Sequence record: PP129558
Direction: 5' to 3' (one strand)
DNA: 64,000 bases
Source of the DNA: Escherichia phage vB_EcoM_01
Shown here: piece after piece, positions 45,818 to 56,541 of the stretch
Layout: the number at the start of each line of letters is the position of its first letter
Numbering within the stretch: the stretch's first letter is position 1
Program-made: the position numbers and the translations under genes
The notes under the pieces: generated by a model
Told to the model about the DNA's origin: nothing
The model's database searches: none
The model's input: the letters and a program-made list of their open reading frames with translations, nothing else

Positions 45818-46290
45818 TGGCAGATTTAACTACGATCAAAATTTCTGATCTTACACAAACAACCTCTGTGTCTGATACAGATTTCTTTGTAACAGATCAG
45901 GCTGGAATAACAAAGAAAACTTCTTTGAAAGTGCTGTTGAGTGGTGCAGGGGTAACTAGAAACCGTCTGAATGCACGGGGAACAGTAACTAGCACCTTGG
46001 CATTAGATATTAGTTCGGCAGAATATTTTTCAGCAACTTTATCTTCTGCAACGTGCACAATTAGTTTTACTAATATTCCAGTAGCAACAAATGCAGTTTT
46101 AAACTTTACTTTAGCTTTGCGTCAAGGAAGTGGTGCAAATAAAGTCGTATGGCCTTCTTCTGTAAAATGGAGTTTTGGTCGTTCCCCAGTTTTGAGTTAT
46201 CGTCAAGGTGCAACAGACACTTTTGAGTTTATCAGTTATGATAATGGAGCAACTTGGACAGGTAGCTTAGTTTTAGCAGGAGTTATTTAA
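45817..46290 (+). CDS. hypothetical tail protein
   Basis: 157 aa; ATGA coupling. Confidence 0.3.
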   Translation: MADLTTIKISDLTQTTSVSDTDFFVTDQAGITKKTSLKVLLSGAGVTRNRLNARGTVTSTLALDISSAEYFSATLSSATCTISFTNIPVATNAVLNFTLALRQGSGANKVVWPSSVKWSFGRSPVLSYRQGATDTFEFISYDNGATWTGSLVLAGVI

Positions 46291-49166
46291 TGTCAAGAGT
46301 TAAGCACAATATTGACAACACGTTTCAGTTGATTGAAGGGTTGGTTCAGTTTTTGGAAAGAAATACTGGGCTTACCATAGATCCTACGGTTCAGCATTAC
46401 ATTATCAACCCACAAAACGTATTGGCGAACAACAGACACTTTATTAACTGGACAGCGCAGGAAGGGCAACCAAACGGTGACGCTACTACCGAAGGTCAAT
46501 CTGTGCTTATCACTGGTTTTGCTTATGCATATTTGGCTACAGGGGATAAAAAATATCTTGAATCTGCCGAGAAGTATTGGCAAGCCTATATAGATCACTT
46601 CTTCGGGGGCCAACCTATTCCTGATCCTCCGGCTAAGTATCGTCCCAACTGGATCATCAATGGTAAAGAACCACGTTTAGCACATTACCCTCTCACAGAT
46701 GATGGGTATCCTACGCACGGCGGGTTCAAAGGTAGCATGATGACTTGGATTAACGGAAGGACTGTTATTCCTAAAGGTGCACCGCATTGGGGGGAATACT
46801 TAGATAAAGCTTGGTTTGCTTTCAATGGCAATCTTGGTTGGAACTCCGTTAACGCAACAGTTTATGCAACTAACCCAGATGGTTCAACCAACTGGAAAGA
46901 ATATGGAGATCAGTGGGACGTTGAATGGATTATAGACCGTCTAGGACGTAAAGTTGATTGGGATGGTAACATTTTATCTACTGGTCATAGCTTTGCAGAA
47001 TATGGAACAGTGCAACTTAAAAATGCTTCTGTGAACGGGGACTATAAATTCAACTACGCTACATGCAATCCTGTAGAACACGGTGGATATCTGCTTAAGC
47101 GTAATGAGATGTGGCATAACCGTCCTGTAAACGTTCCGGTAGAGTTAGGCTATCAAGATAATGCTTCCGATGCTGAAACGTGGTGGTGTGATGCAAACTA
47201 CTTGATGTATCAGATCACAGGAGAGAGAAAATACTGGCTTTGCTGGCAATCTTCTTTATTGTTGTGTCAAGACTACTCAAACATCGATATGTTTGATAAA
47301 TTCTTCCGTAGATCTACGACAGCAATAATTCCTTTTACAGATGGTATCTCGTATGATTACTCATACCCATCTACAGCAATACCTAAATATTCTCGTGACG
47401 AATTAGGATACACAGTAATTCGCCAAGATGTTTCAGCACAAACAACTCTAGAACAACAGGCAGTTTGGTTCAGAGTAGATCAGAATTCAAAACTGCGTAT
47501 TGAGTTTCAAGGTGTAGATGATGCAGGGGAAGGTGTTCTTTTCCGTCCAGAGCTAGAATTAAGCAAAACTAAGAGTGAAACAGACACAGTGACATATCGT
47601 TGTGGCTTACCTCTTGGTGCAGCTAATATGACTAAGATGGATATACCTTTATCTAGTTTTATGCGCACCGAACCTCCTGGAGGTGGTGTATATATTATTG
47701 CTGAACCCAGAATTATTGTTGACTGGGGAAGCAATACTGTGATACAATATAAATATGCAACTGGTATTGCTGGGACAAATAGTGATCAGATAGTTTCTGC
47801 TAATATGGATTCAGATGGTGGTTTTACTGTTGGGTTTTGGTTAACACCAACTAAAACAGCCAATTTAAAATCTATTACATATCGTTCATACGCAGATGAT
47901 TTTAACATCACTATTACGGATTCAGCAGGTTGGAGATGGTGGGCCATGTTAGAAAAAACAAATTCTGCATGGGTTACTAAAGCTTTAAGTCCTGCTGATT
48001 TCAAATTAAGTACTTGGCAACCTAATCACAATGACACAGAGACAAAACCTTCGTCAATAAACTTGACTACTGTTGATCAGATCAACATTGCATTGGATTC
48101 TGAACCTGCAAATGGCTTGACAGGGGCAATCGACTTTTATTGCGTTAACGATATCCCATCTTTGTATTCTTCAGCCGCTGGCGATGATTACACAATGTAT
48201 TTCAGGGTTACAGTTTCATCTGAAAATCCTTATACAGCAAAACTTGGAGATTGTACAATACTGGACTACAAACTTGACAGTTTGAATTATACTCCAGGAA
48301 TCATTCCATTTTCCAATATTAGTGATCCTAACACAGCATTATATGACGGTTGGCGTGGTATTCCTTACCCAGGTTATCAATACCCATCCTTATATTGTTT
48401 TAAAGGGAGAGATATTGACTGGGTTCGTATGAACAACAGTATAGACTTTTTATATGATTCACAAATGTGGTTTTATAATAAGTTTGCCCCTGTGATGCCT
48501 GGGCCAATGGCACAAGCTTATGTTTGGGATCGTTGGGATGCTCATAAATATGGAAACAAGAATGAGTTCACAATGTATCATTGGAACGATAAAGCTTGGG
48601 ATGGTTATGAAGCACGAGCATTCTTCTGTGCGTGTCATACAGTATACGAACTGAAACAACGAGGAGCAGAAGTTCCTGAAAAACTTTTAACAGTTTGTAA
48701 AAACTGGATCAACTATCTGAAGTGGTTCCAAGACAACAACGAAGGAAGAACACCAACAATATTTTATCCCGATGGAGAAGTGGCTGCGCCTGTAGATGAC
48801 TTTACAAGTCACATGTCTGCGCTCTTTATGGCGGGATGTGCTATAATGGGGATGGCTGGATATGATTCAGAAATTCCTAACATTAAAATAGTAGCAGATC
48901 GCTGTTTTGAACTTATTCAGGAAAATTATATTGTTCTTGGTCCTAATCACGTTATGAATGGTTGTTGGAGTGCTGCCCCTAGACCAGACAGTGATAACGG
49001 AGTCTTCTTTGGCTTCCACGCCGGAGAGTTGTTACGTGGTTTTGGGTTGTATGCCTTATACAAAAAACTTAATCCCCAAAATGCATTACCTGTTTTGGAT
49101 TCGAGCAATATTCCTGCACTTACTGTTTTGACAATGGCAAACATTAGTGTGGACGTTACCGAGTAA
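46290..49166 (+). CDS. large tail fibre or tailspike-like protein
   Basis: 958 aa; W/Y/N/G-rich; size and position in the tail module; no domain assignable by eye. Confidence 0.4.
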   Translation: MSRVKHNIDNTFQLIEGLVQFLERNTGLTIDPTVQHYIINPQNVLANNRHFINWTAQEGQPNGDATTEGQSVLITGFAYAYLATGDKKYLESAEKYWQAYIDHFFGGQPIPDPPAKYRPNWIINGKEPRLAHYPLTDDGYPTHGGFKGSMMTWINGRTVIPKGAPHWGEYLDKAWFAFNGNLGWNSVNATVYATNPDGSTNWKEYGDQWDVEWIIDRLGRKVDWDGNILSTGHSFAEYGTVQLKNASVNGDYKFNYATCNPVEHGGYLLKRNEMWHNRPVNVPVELGYQDNASDAETWWCDANYLMYQITGERKYWLCWQSSLLLCQDYSNIDMFDKFFRRSTTAIIPFTDGISYDYSYPSTAIPKYSRDELGYTVIRQDVSAQTTLEQQAVWFRVDQNSKLRIEFQGVDDAGEGVLFRPELELSKTKSETDTVTYRCGLPLGAANMTKMDIPLSSFMRTEPPGGGVYIIAEPRIIVDWGSNTVIQYKYATGIAGTNSDQIVSANMDSDGGFTVGFWLTPTKTANLKSITYRSYADDFNITITDSAGWRWWAMLEKTNSAWVTKALSPADFKLSTWQPNHNDTETKPSSINLTTVDQINIALDSEPANGLTGAIDFYCVNDIPSLYSSAAGDDYTMYFRVTVSSENPYTAKLGDCTILDYKLDSLNYTPGIIPFSNISDPNTALYDGWRGIPYPGYQYPSLYCFKGRDIDWVRMNNSIDFLYDSQMWFYNKFAPVMPGPMAQAYVWDRWDAHKYGNKNEFTMYHWNDKAWDGYEARAFFCACHTVYELKQRGAEVPEKLLTVCKNWINYLKWFQDNNEGRTPTIFYPDGEVAAPVDDFTSHMSALFMAGCAIMGMAGYDSEIPNIKIVADRCFELIQENYIVLGPNHVMNGCWSAAPRPDSDNGVFFGFHAGELLRGFGLYALYKKLNPQNALPVLDSSNIPALTVLTMANISVDVTE

Positions 49167-49174
49167 GGGGTAAA

Positions 49175-51328
49175 ATGAAACAAGCTATATTTACTGTCAC
49201 GCGAGACAAGAGAGTAAATGCGAGTTCATTTAACTACACGACTGTTGATGGAACAGCAGTCGCTGGTAGAGATTATATTGCAAAATCGGGAACACTTGTG
49301 TTCCCTGATGATGCTGATTCTGCTACCATTGTGGTTGAAGTATTTGAACGACCAAAGAACTCAATAGATCTTAACTTCTCCCTCCAAGTTTCAGGGATTA
49401 GTCAAAATAACATGATGGTTGAAACGACCATCAATTGTATTATAACTACTATCCAAGAAAATACTACTCCAATAACTTGGACTACAAAAGACGTTAAAAT
49501 GTTCTCTCCTATGTATTGGACAATAGACTCTCAAGCAACGGAAAGTTGTTCTATTGTATCTCATGGAGACTCTTTTACTGCAAGATTTGTAAACAGAACA
49601 ACAGCAGGTTTGGCAGGGGTTATCTGGAGCACAGTTGACAAATATGATCACAAAGGTGTTGGGTATTTACCCCACACAGATTTAAGTTCAGAGAAACTTT
49701 GGTTTAAAATGGAAATTAGTCAAAACATGCCAGGTTTTAAAGAAGAACCTTTGGTGCCGACTTTGACTGTAACTCTCCTGGATAAAAGTGTTCATTATAT
49801 CAGTTTAGGATTCTACGCTTCAGATATTTCAGAAGATGGTAAAACAGCTACAATCAAGTTAGATTTTGGTAATATCTTTTCTGGCCCTAATAATGATATT
49901 CCTTTGGATATGAGTGCTGTAGATAATATTTTCTTCTCTTTGATTACAGCAAGGTATGAAGAAATAGAAGAGGTTGTACCTATTGACAGTCAAGAGGCTT
50001 GGTTTACTTTCACTCTTCTTGAACCTACCTCTGGTTATAGTATGATGAAAGTCAGCAATCTTGTCCAGCCTGAACATGATATTCGCATGTGCACATCTTA
50101 TGATGATATGTATAACCTGACTCCAGAGAGAGTTATTTATAATACGTATGCACTAGGTTATCGTGGAATGATTAACCATTACAACGGAATGTCTCACTAT
50201 TATGAGTTCTCATGGAACGGAACATCTTGGGCTTTAAATAGATCTGTTTTCCTGAATCCGGCTACAGAAGCTTGGCTTAACAGTTTCCATTCTATAGCTA
50301 ATGAAAATGGCTACACAATAATGAACTCTTTGAGTTTTGAGTTGATGAGCACAGTTTGTCCTGTTGAATGGGTCCAGCATGATTGGAACGATGCTCTTGC
50401 AGCAACAGGGTATAAGCCTCCTAGTTACGTGTTGTCTCCAACTATTGACGAAGGCATGGAATATTTGCAAAATGTTATTAACAAAATAGCATCTATTTCT
50501 CAAGCTAATAACATTCCAGTCGTCATTCAAATTGGTGAACCTTGGTGGTGGTATAATACAGCAAGTAAAATGCCTTGCATATACGATTACACTACCAAAC
50601 TGGCATTCAACACAGAAACTGGCTTATTTGCACAAGATGCAGGAACAATAGATAATTATAAAACAGGAACGCCGTTTGACGAATACTATGCGTTTTTGTC
50701 TCGTAAACTAGGATTAAGAGTTACAAAGTTTGCAACAGATACTAGAGCAACTTACCCAGGAGCTAAAGTAACATTGCTTCCGTTCTTACCATCGATTATC
50801 GGCAACGGTTTGATGGAGAAAGTTAACTTTCCGTCTGATTACTACATTCCTGAAGCTTTTGATTTTTACTGTTCAGAGTGTTACGACTGGCTTCTGGAAG
50901 GTAAGATGATGAAAGCATTTGATGCAATTACCATACCACATGAAAAATTAGGTTTTGAATATTCTGATATTCACTATCTTTCAGGTTTTGTTCCAGATGC
51001 TACTCTTGCGCCTTTGTATGGCTTCGATCCTGAATCAAACTACCGCACGTATCTTTGGAAAATGATTATAGGTAATATAGTGTTGAACGCCAATAAGTTC
51101 AATGGGCTTACACAATATATATGGGCCTACCCTCAAATAATGCATGATTCCATCACGGTAGTTAATTCTCAATCCCAAGTTTTCTATATGGGTAATGTGC
51201 CTTTGAATTGTTATTTGCAAGATATCACTCTTAAACAAGCAAATGTTGAGATTGCTACCATAAGTGGAATTACATTAGCTACTAAATCTGGAGAAGATTT
51301 AGTAACAACACAAAAATTTTATATATAG
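49175..51328 (+). CDS. large tail-associated protein
   Basis: 717 aa; in the tail fibre module. Confidence 0.35.
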   Translation: MKQAIFTVTRDKRVNASSFNYTTVDGTAVAGRDYIAKSGTLVFPDDADSATIVVEVFERPKNSIDLNFSLQVSGISQNNMMVETTINCIITTIQENTTPITWTTKDVKMFSPMYWTIDSQATESCSIVSHGDSFTARFVNRTTAGLAGVIWSTVDKYDHKGVGYLPHTDLSSEKLWFKMEISQNMPGFKEEPLVPTLTVTLLDKSVHYISLGFYASDISEDGKTATIKLDFGNIFSGPNNDIPLDMSAVDNIFFSLITARYEEIEEVVPIDSQEAWFTFTLLEPTSGYSMMKVSNLVQPEHDIRMCTSYDDMYNLTPERVIYNTYALGYRGMINHYNGMSHYYEFSWNGTSWALNRSVFLNPATEAWLNSFHSIANENGYTIMNSLSFELMSTVCPVEWVQHDWNDALAATGYKPPSYVLSPTIDEGMEYLQNVINKIASISQANNIPVVIQIGEPWWWYNTASKMPCIYDYTTKLAFNTETGLFAQDAGTIDNYKTGTPFDEYYAFLSRKLGLRVTKFATDTRATYPGAKVTLLPFLPSIIGNGLMEKVNFPSDYYIPEAFDFYCSECYDWLLEGKMMKAFDAITIPHEKLGFEYSDIHYLSGFVPDATLAPLYGFDPESNYRTYLWKMIIGNIVLNANKFNGLTQYIWAYPQIMHDSITVVNSQSQVFYMGNVPLNCYLQDITLKQANVEIATISGITLATKSGEDLVTTQKFYI

Positions 51329-51336
51329 GAGTAAAA

Positions 51337-54174
51337 ATGTCAACTACAATTACTAATTTACCCGAAACATCAAAAGTTAATGATTCTGATTACCTGGTTT
51401 TAGACCAACCTGATAAGACTGTTAAAAGCACAGTTTCCAACTTTCTTACTGACACTGGGGTGGTTTTAGCCACCCAGTTGAAAGNNNNANNNGGGNCTGA
51501 GTTAATAGGACACAGAAACGCTACGGTTGGTGCCACTCTGGATTCAATTGCAGTCCGCTCAGATCAATTTTCTACTATTCAGGAATGGGCATCATACCCG
51601 GCAAAGAATAAAATTTTAGCGGAGGGTACTTATACTCTTGACTCAACTCNTNNNNGTGTTGAATGTGAATCACTAACCACTGAGGGTGTAGTTANNNNNN
51701 NNNNNNNNNNNNNNNNNNNNNNNNNNNNNNNNNNNNNNNNNNNNNNNNNNNNNNNNNNNNNNNNNNNNNNNNNNNNNNNNNNNNNNNNNNNNNNNNNNNN
51801 NNNNNNNNNNNNNNNNNNNNNNNNNNNNNNNNNNNNNNNNNNNNNNNNNNNNNNNNNNNNNNNNNNNNNNNNNNNNNNNNNNNNNNNNNNNNNNNNNNNN
51901 NNNNNNNNNNNNNNNNNNNNNNNNNNNNNNNNNNNNNNNNNNNNNNNNNNNNNNNNNNNNNNNNNNNNNNNNNNNNNNNNNNNNNNNNNNNNNNNNNNNN
52001 NNNNNNNNNNNNNNNNNNNNNNNNNNNNNNNNNNNNNNNNNNNNNNNNNNNNNNNNNNNNNNNNNNNNNNNNNNNNNNNNNNNNNNNNNNNNNNNNNNNN
52101 NNNNNNNNNNNNNNNNNNNNNNNNNNNNNNNNNNNNNNNNNNNNNNNNNNNNNNNNNNNNNNNNNNNNNNNNNNNNNNNNNNNNNNNNNNNNNNNNNNNN
52201 NNNNNNNNNNNNNNNNNNNNNNNNNNNNNNNNNNNNNNNNNNNNNNNNNNNNNNNNNNNNNNNNNNNNNNNNNNNNNNNNNNNNNNNNNNNNNNNNNNNN
52301 NNNNNNNNNNNNNNNNNNNNNNNNNNNNNNNNNNNNNNNNNNNNNNNNNNNNNNNNNNNNNNNNNNNNNNNNNNNNNNNNNNNNNNNNNNNNNNNNNNNN
52401 NNNNNNNNNNNNNNNNNNNNNNNNNNNNNNNNNNNNNNNNNNNNNNNNNNNNNNNNNNNNNNNNNNNNNNNNNNNNNNNNNNNNNNNNNNNNNNNNNNNN
52501 NNNNNNNNNNNNNNNNNNNNNNNNNNNNNNNNNNNNNNNNNNNNNNNNNNNNNNNNNNNNNNNNNNNNNNNNNNNNNNNNNNNNNNNNNNNNNNNNNNNN
52601 NNNNNNNNNNNNNNNNNNNNNNNNNNNNNNNNNNNNNNNNNNNNNNNNNNNNNNNNNNNNNNNNNNNNNNNNNNNNNNNNNNNNNNNNNNNNNNNNNNNN
52701 NNNNNNNNNNNNNNNNNNNNNNNNNNNNNNNNNNNNNNNNNNNNNNNNNNNNNNNNNNNNNNNNNNNNNNNNNNNNNNNNNNNNNNNNNNNNNNNNNNNN
52801 NNNNNNNNNNNNNNNNNNNNNNNNNNNNNNNNNNNNNNNNNNNNNNNNNNNNNNNNNNNNNNNNNNNNNNNNNNNNNNNNNNNNNNNNNNNNNNNNNNNN
52901 NNNNNNNNNNNNNNNNNNNNNNNNNNNNNNNNNNNNNNNNNNNNNNNNNNNNNNNNNNNNNNNNNNNNNNNNNNNNNNNNNNNNNNNNNNNNNNNNNNNN
53001 NNNNNNNNNNNNNNNNNNNNNNNNNNNNNNNNNNNNNNNNNNNNNNNNNNNNNNNNNNNNNNNNNNNNNNNNNNNNNNNNNNNNNNNNNNNNNNNNNNNN
53101 NNNNNNNNNNNNNNNNNNNNNNNNNNNNNNNNNNNNNNNNNNNNNNNNNNNNNNNNNNNNNNNNNNNNNNNNNNNNNNNNNNNNNNNNNNNNNNNNNNNN
53201 NNNNNNNNNNNNNNNNNNNNNNNNNNNNNNNNNNNNNNNNNNNNNNNNNNNNNNNNNNNNNNNNNNNNNNNNNNNNNNNNNNNNNNNNNNNNNNNNNNNN
53301 NNNNNNNNNNNNNNNNNNNNNNNNNNNNNNNNNNNNNNNNNNNNNNNNNNNNNNNNNNNNNNNNNNNNNNNNNNNNNNNNNNNNNNNNNNNNNNNNNNNN
53401 NNNNNNNNNNNNNNNNNNNNNNNNNNNNNNNNNNNNNNNNNNNNNNNNNNNNNNNNNNNNNNNNNNNNNNNNNNNNNNNNNNNNNNNNNNNNNNNNNNNN
53501 NNNNNNNNNNNNNNNNNNNNNNNNNNNNNNNNNNNNNNNNNNNNNNNNNNNNNNNNNNNNNNNNNNNNNNNNNNNNNNNNNNNNNNNNNNNNNNNNNNNN
53601 NNNNNNNNNNNNNNNNNNNNNNNNNNNNNNNNNNNNNNNNNNNNNNNNNNNNNNNNNNNNNNNNNNNNNNNNNNNNNNNNNNNNNNNNNNNNNNNNNNNN
53701 NNNNNNNNNNNNNNNNNNNNNNNNNNNNNNNNNNNNNNNNNNNNNNNNNNNNNNNNNNNNNNNNNNNNNNNNNNNNNNNNNNNNNNNNNNNNNNNNNNNN
53801 NNNNNNNNNNNNNNNNNNNNNNNNNNNNNNNNNNNNNNNNNNNNNNNNNNNNNNNNNNNNNNNNNNNNNNNNNNNNNNNNNNNNNNNNNNNNNNNNNNNN
53901 NNNNNNNNNNNNNNNNNNNNNNNNNNNNNNNNNNNNNNNNNNNNNNNNNNNNNNNNNNNNNNNNNNNNNNNNNNNNNNNNNNNNNNNNNNNNNNNNNNNN
54001 NNGGTTATCTATGATAAGGAGACGCAAAGGGCGTATTCCCTACCTGCTGATATTGCCCCAGGTACTACTGCCATTAGTCTTAGTGCTGCTGTACTTGTGC
54101 ATTCGGCGGGTTCTGTAGACCTTGGGGAATTAGCTGTATCTTGTGATTTAAAAAGTAATGAGAACACACTATGA
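51337..54174 (+). CDS. tail fibre protein interrupted by an assembly gap
   Basis: N-terminus MSTTITNLPETSKVNDSDYLVLD is fibre-like; the interior is an N run, so length and frame continuity are unknown. Confidence 0.35.
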   Translation: MSTTITNLPETSKVNDSDYLVLDQPDKTVKSTVSNFLTDTGVVLATQLKXXXGXELIGHRNATVGATLDSIAVRSDQFSTIQEWASYPAKNKILAEGTYTLDSTXXXVECESLTTEGVVXXXXXXXXXXXXXXXXXXXXXXXXXXXXXXXXXXXXXXXXXXXXXXXXXXXXXXXXXXXXXXXXXXXXXXXXXXXXXXXXXXXXXXXXXXXXXXXXXXXXXXXXXXXXXXXXXXXXXXXXXXXXXXXXXXXXXXXXXXXXXXXXXXXXXXXXXXXXXXXXXXXXXXXXXXXXXXXXXXXXXXXXXXXXXXXXXXXXXXXXXXXXXXXXXXXXXXXXXXXXXXXXXXXXXXXXXXXXXXXXXXXXXXXXXXXXXXXXXXXXXXXXXXXXXXXXXXXXXXXXXXXXXXXXXXXXXXXXXXXXXXXXXXXXXXXXXXXXXXXXXXXXXXXXXXXXXXXXXXXXXXXXXXXXXXXXXXXXXXXXXXXXXXXXXXXXXXXXXXXXXXXXXXXXXXXXXXXXXXXXXXXXXXXXXXXXXXXXXXXXXXXXXXXXXXXXXXXXXXXXXXXXXXXXXXXXXXXXXXXXXXXXXXXXXXXXXXXXXXXXXXXXXXXXXXXXXXXXXXXXXXXXXXXXXXXXXXXXXXXXXXXXXXXXXXXXXXXXXXXXXXXXXXXXXXXXXXXXXXXXXXXXXXXXXXXXXXXXXXXXXXXXXXXXXXXXXXXXXXXXXXXXXXXXXXXXXXXXXXXXXXXXXXXXXXXXXXXXXXXXXXXXXXXXXXXXXXXXXXXXXXXXXXXXXXXXXXXXXXXXXXXXXXXXXXXXXXXXXXXXXXXXXXXXXXXXXXXXXXXXXXXXXXXXXXXXXXXXXXXXXXXXXXXXXXXXXXXXXXXXXXXXXXXXXXVIYDKETQRAYSLPADIAPGTTAISLSAAVLVHSAGSVDLGELAVSCDLKSNENTL
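51485..54002. other. assembly gap: scattered ambiguous bases (51485-51655) and N run 51695-54002
   Basis: Runs of n in the sequence; the ORFs across it on both strands are artefacts. Confidence 0.95.
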
Positions 54175-54413
54175 GAAAATTTTTAATAGGTATGTTCTGT
54201 ACATATCCTGATAATAAAGTCAGTTCTACGAAAGTCTGGAACGCTGTAGGCATGTCGGTTATGACAGGCATGTTTATCTTTTTAGGAATAGAAAAAGAAA
54301 TTCCTGAATGGATGGGTTGGGCTTTTGTTTTCATGATAACTCCTTCTCGCCTCATGAAAAATCTTATTGATTTACGCTGGGGCAGATCACAATCTACCAA
54401 AGAGGATGACTAA
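54171..54413 (+). CDS. small membrane protein (possible holin-like, two hydrophobic segments)
   Basis: 80 aa; two hydrophobic stretches and a charged C-terminus; overlaps neighbours by ATGA. Confidence 0.3.
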   Translation: MRKFLIGMFCTYPDNKVSSTKVWNAVGMSVMTGMFIFLGIEKEIPEWMGWAFVFMITPSRLMKNLIDLRWGRSQSTKEDD

Positions 54414-55900
54414 TGGACGAATATGGTTTGACAGATGCGGGATTTGTAATCCCGACTTTTGACGATGTTTTAAACAACTACATGACAGCAGTAAAAAACA
54501 CATTTGGTGCAGATGCAGCCACTTCGGAAGATACTGTGATCGGACAACTGTTTAGAATAATTGCATACACAGATTACACATTGTGGGAAGGTATGCAAGG
54601 TGTTTATAATACTCAAACACTGGATGGTGCAGAAGGTATTTATCTTGATGAAATCTTTTCTAAACGCGGTTTCTATCGAGCAGGTGCAGCAGCAAGTACA
54701 GGTTATGCATATGTTAAGAGTAATAACAAAGCAGCTTGGACTTATGAGCTAGGCACGGATATTTACTTCAACTCTGATAGTGATATGAACTACTATGTTA
54801 GCACACCAACTATGTTGAATGCTAAGATTGCAGCTTATCAAATCTCTCGTGCTAATGCAACTGCTACAGGTGTTCCAAATATTACTTTTTATGCACAAAG
54901 TGCGGTCGATGGAGGACTAAACAGTAAAACACTTGCACCTGGTTCTTCTACATTTATAACCGATCTTGAAACTTTTATCAAGGCAAATTTAACAGAAGCT
55001 GATCGTAGTCTTGTATTTTCTGATTCAGGTAACTTATCAATTGGTTTTACTTCTTTAACCAGTGATACTCCAGTGGGTCTGGTAACTCCTATTAAATTTT
55101 ATGCTAGTGTTCCGGTTGGAACCAAATGGAGTGAGATTCCGGTAGTTGCAGCAGAGAAAGGATACAATCCTGTTGGTGTGGAGTCTATTACAGGGATATC
55201 TTCTACCTTTACAGGTTATCTTGACAGTGGTAACTTCTATTCATTTTCTCCTGGTCGAGATGTTGAGACAGACGCAGAATTCCGCTCTCGTTTCAATGAC
55301 AACGTTGATGAAGCTAACGCAGGGACACGAGCAGCTATTGTGAAAGCTCTGTTGCTTACAGATGGTGTTACTAAGGTGAAGATTTATGATAACCCTACGT
55401 TACATGATCAAGAACACGCTCCAGCTATGACTTTCCAGACTATAGTTTATGGTGGCAGTGCAGAAGAAATTGCAAATGTTATCTATAAAACCAAACCAAT
55501 TAACACTTTGACACACGGAACAACTAACATAACAGTTACAACAGAAGATGGAGGACAAGAAATTATTCGCTTCTCCCCTGGTGCTTCTGCTATGTATTCT
55601 GTAAAACTTGTTTATCAAACTGTCAACGGAACAACTTTAAGTGGAACAGAAAAACAAAACATCGTAGAAGCTTTACAAAACCTGCAAGCTTACTTTGAGT
55701 TAGGTTCTTCAGTAACAAACGATCAAATCAAAGGTGTTATTTATGCAGCACTTGCTTTTGGACGCTTGACTTCTCTTCGTGTTTATGTTAAACTTAATAC
55801 TGAGGATGACAGTAAATATACAGAGAATAATATAGTTCCTGCTTATAATGTTGTCCCTTCTTTTGACCTTGATAACATTTCTTACGAGTATGGAGTGTAA
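54413..55900 (+). CDS. baseplate J-like protein (tentative)
   Basis: 495 aa; size and position beside the gpI-like protein and tail fibre genes. Confidence 0.4.
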   Translation: MDEYGLTDAGFVIPTFDDVLNNYMTAVKNTFGADAATSEDTVIGQLFRIIAYTDYTLWEGMQGVYNTQTLDGAEGIYLDEIFSKRGFYRAGAAASTGYAYVKSNNKAAWTYELGTDIYFNSDSDMNYYVSTPTMLNAKIAAYQISRANATATGVPNITFYAQSAVDGGLNSKTLAPGSSTFITDLETFIKANLTEADRSLVFSDSGNLSIGFTSLTSDTPVGLVTPIKFYASVPVGTKWSEIPVVAAEKGYNPVGVESITGISSTFTGYLDSGNFYSFSPGRDVETDAEFRSRFNDNVDEANAGTRAAIVKALLLTDGVTKVKIYDNPTLHDQEHAPAMTFQTIVYGGSAEEIANVIYKTKPINTLTHGTTNITVTTEDGGQEIIRFSPGASAMYSVKLVYQTVNGTTLSGTEKQNIVEALQNLQAYFELGSSVTNDQIKGVIYAALAFGRLTSLRVYVKLNTEDDSKYTENNIVPAYNVVPSFDLDNISYEYGV

Positions 55901-55902
55901 AA

Positions 55903-56532
55903 ATGGCAGTGAGTGTTGACCATGTAACAACTTGGGCCAGTATCAATGAAGACGTTAAAAACCTTCTGATTGAAGATTTTAAATCTTCTCCTAACATTGT
56001 CAAGCTCCTCTACATCGTATCCAGTGAAAAGCAAAAGATAGATCAGGCAATGATCTATCTTGCTAAACACCGCTTGATCTCCACAGCCACAGGCAAATAC
56101 CTAGATATCTTAGGAGAAGAAATGGGGATCGAACGTAATGGCTCTGATGATGAAGAGTATAGAACAATATTAAAAATCAGGGCTTACCGCGTAGCCTCAT
56201 CGGGGACTCGTGGTGACATAATTGATATCTTCGCCCGTTTCACAGGAACAGAGCGTGAAACGCTTAATACTTACGTAGGTTTGAATAAAACCTTTGATGT
56301 GTTTTTCTACAACCTGTGTCTTCAATCTGATCAAGCTTTAGAGCAGTTGCTAAGTGTTTTCCCTATTATTAGTAGCTACCGTCTTGGAGCAAAAGCAGGA
56401 TCAGCTTTTGGTTTTAGTTCTTATTATGCTACCAAACCACCTCATGGTATTGGTGGTTTAGGTTCCCTGTACATGGAATCTACTGGGGATGAAACAGGAC
56501 GCATGTGTACGCTTCTCAAGCAAATAGATTAA
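55903..56532 (+). CDS. baseplate or tail protein (gpI-like position)
   Basis: 209 aa; between the J-like protein and a tail fibre. Confidence 0.3.
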   Translation: MAVSVDHVTTWASINEDVKNLLIEDFKSSPNIVKLLYIVSSEKQKIDQAMIYLAKHRLISTATGKYLDILGEEMGIERNGSDDEEYRTILKIRAYRVASSGTRGDIIDIFARFTGTERETLNTYVGLNKTFDVFFYNLCLQSDQALEQLLSVFPIISSYRLGAKAGSAFGFSSYYATKPPHGIGGLGSLYMESTGDETGRMCTLLKQID

Positions 56533-56541
56533 GGAGTTTAA

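Noticed and set aside
51673-54027. 784-aa minus-strand ORF across the largest gap
   Set aside because: Composed of Ns; only the plus-strand tail fibre gene is real, and it is incomplete.
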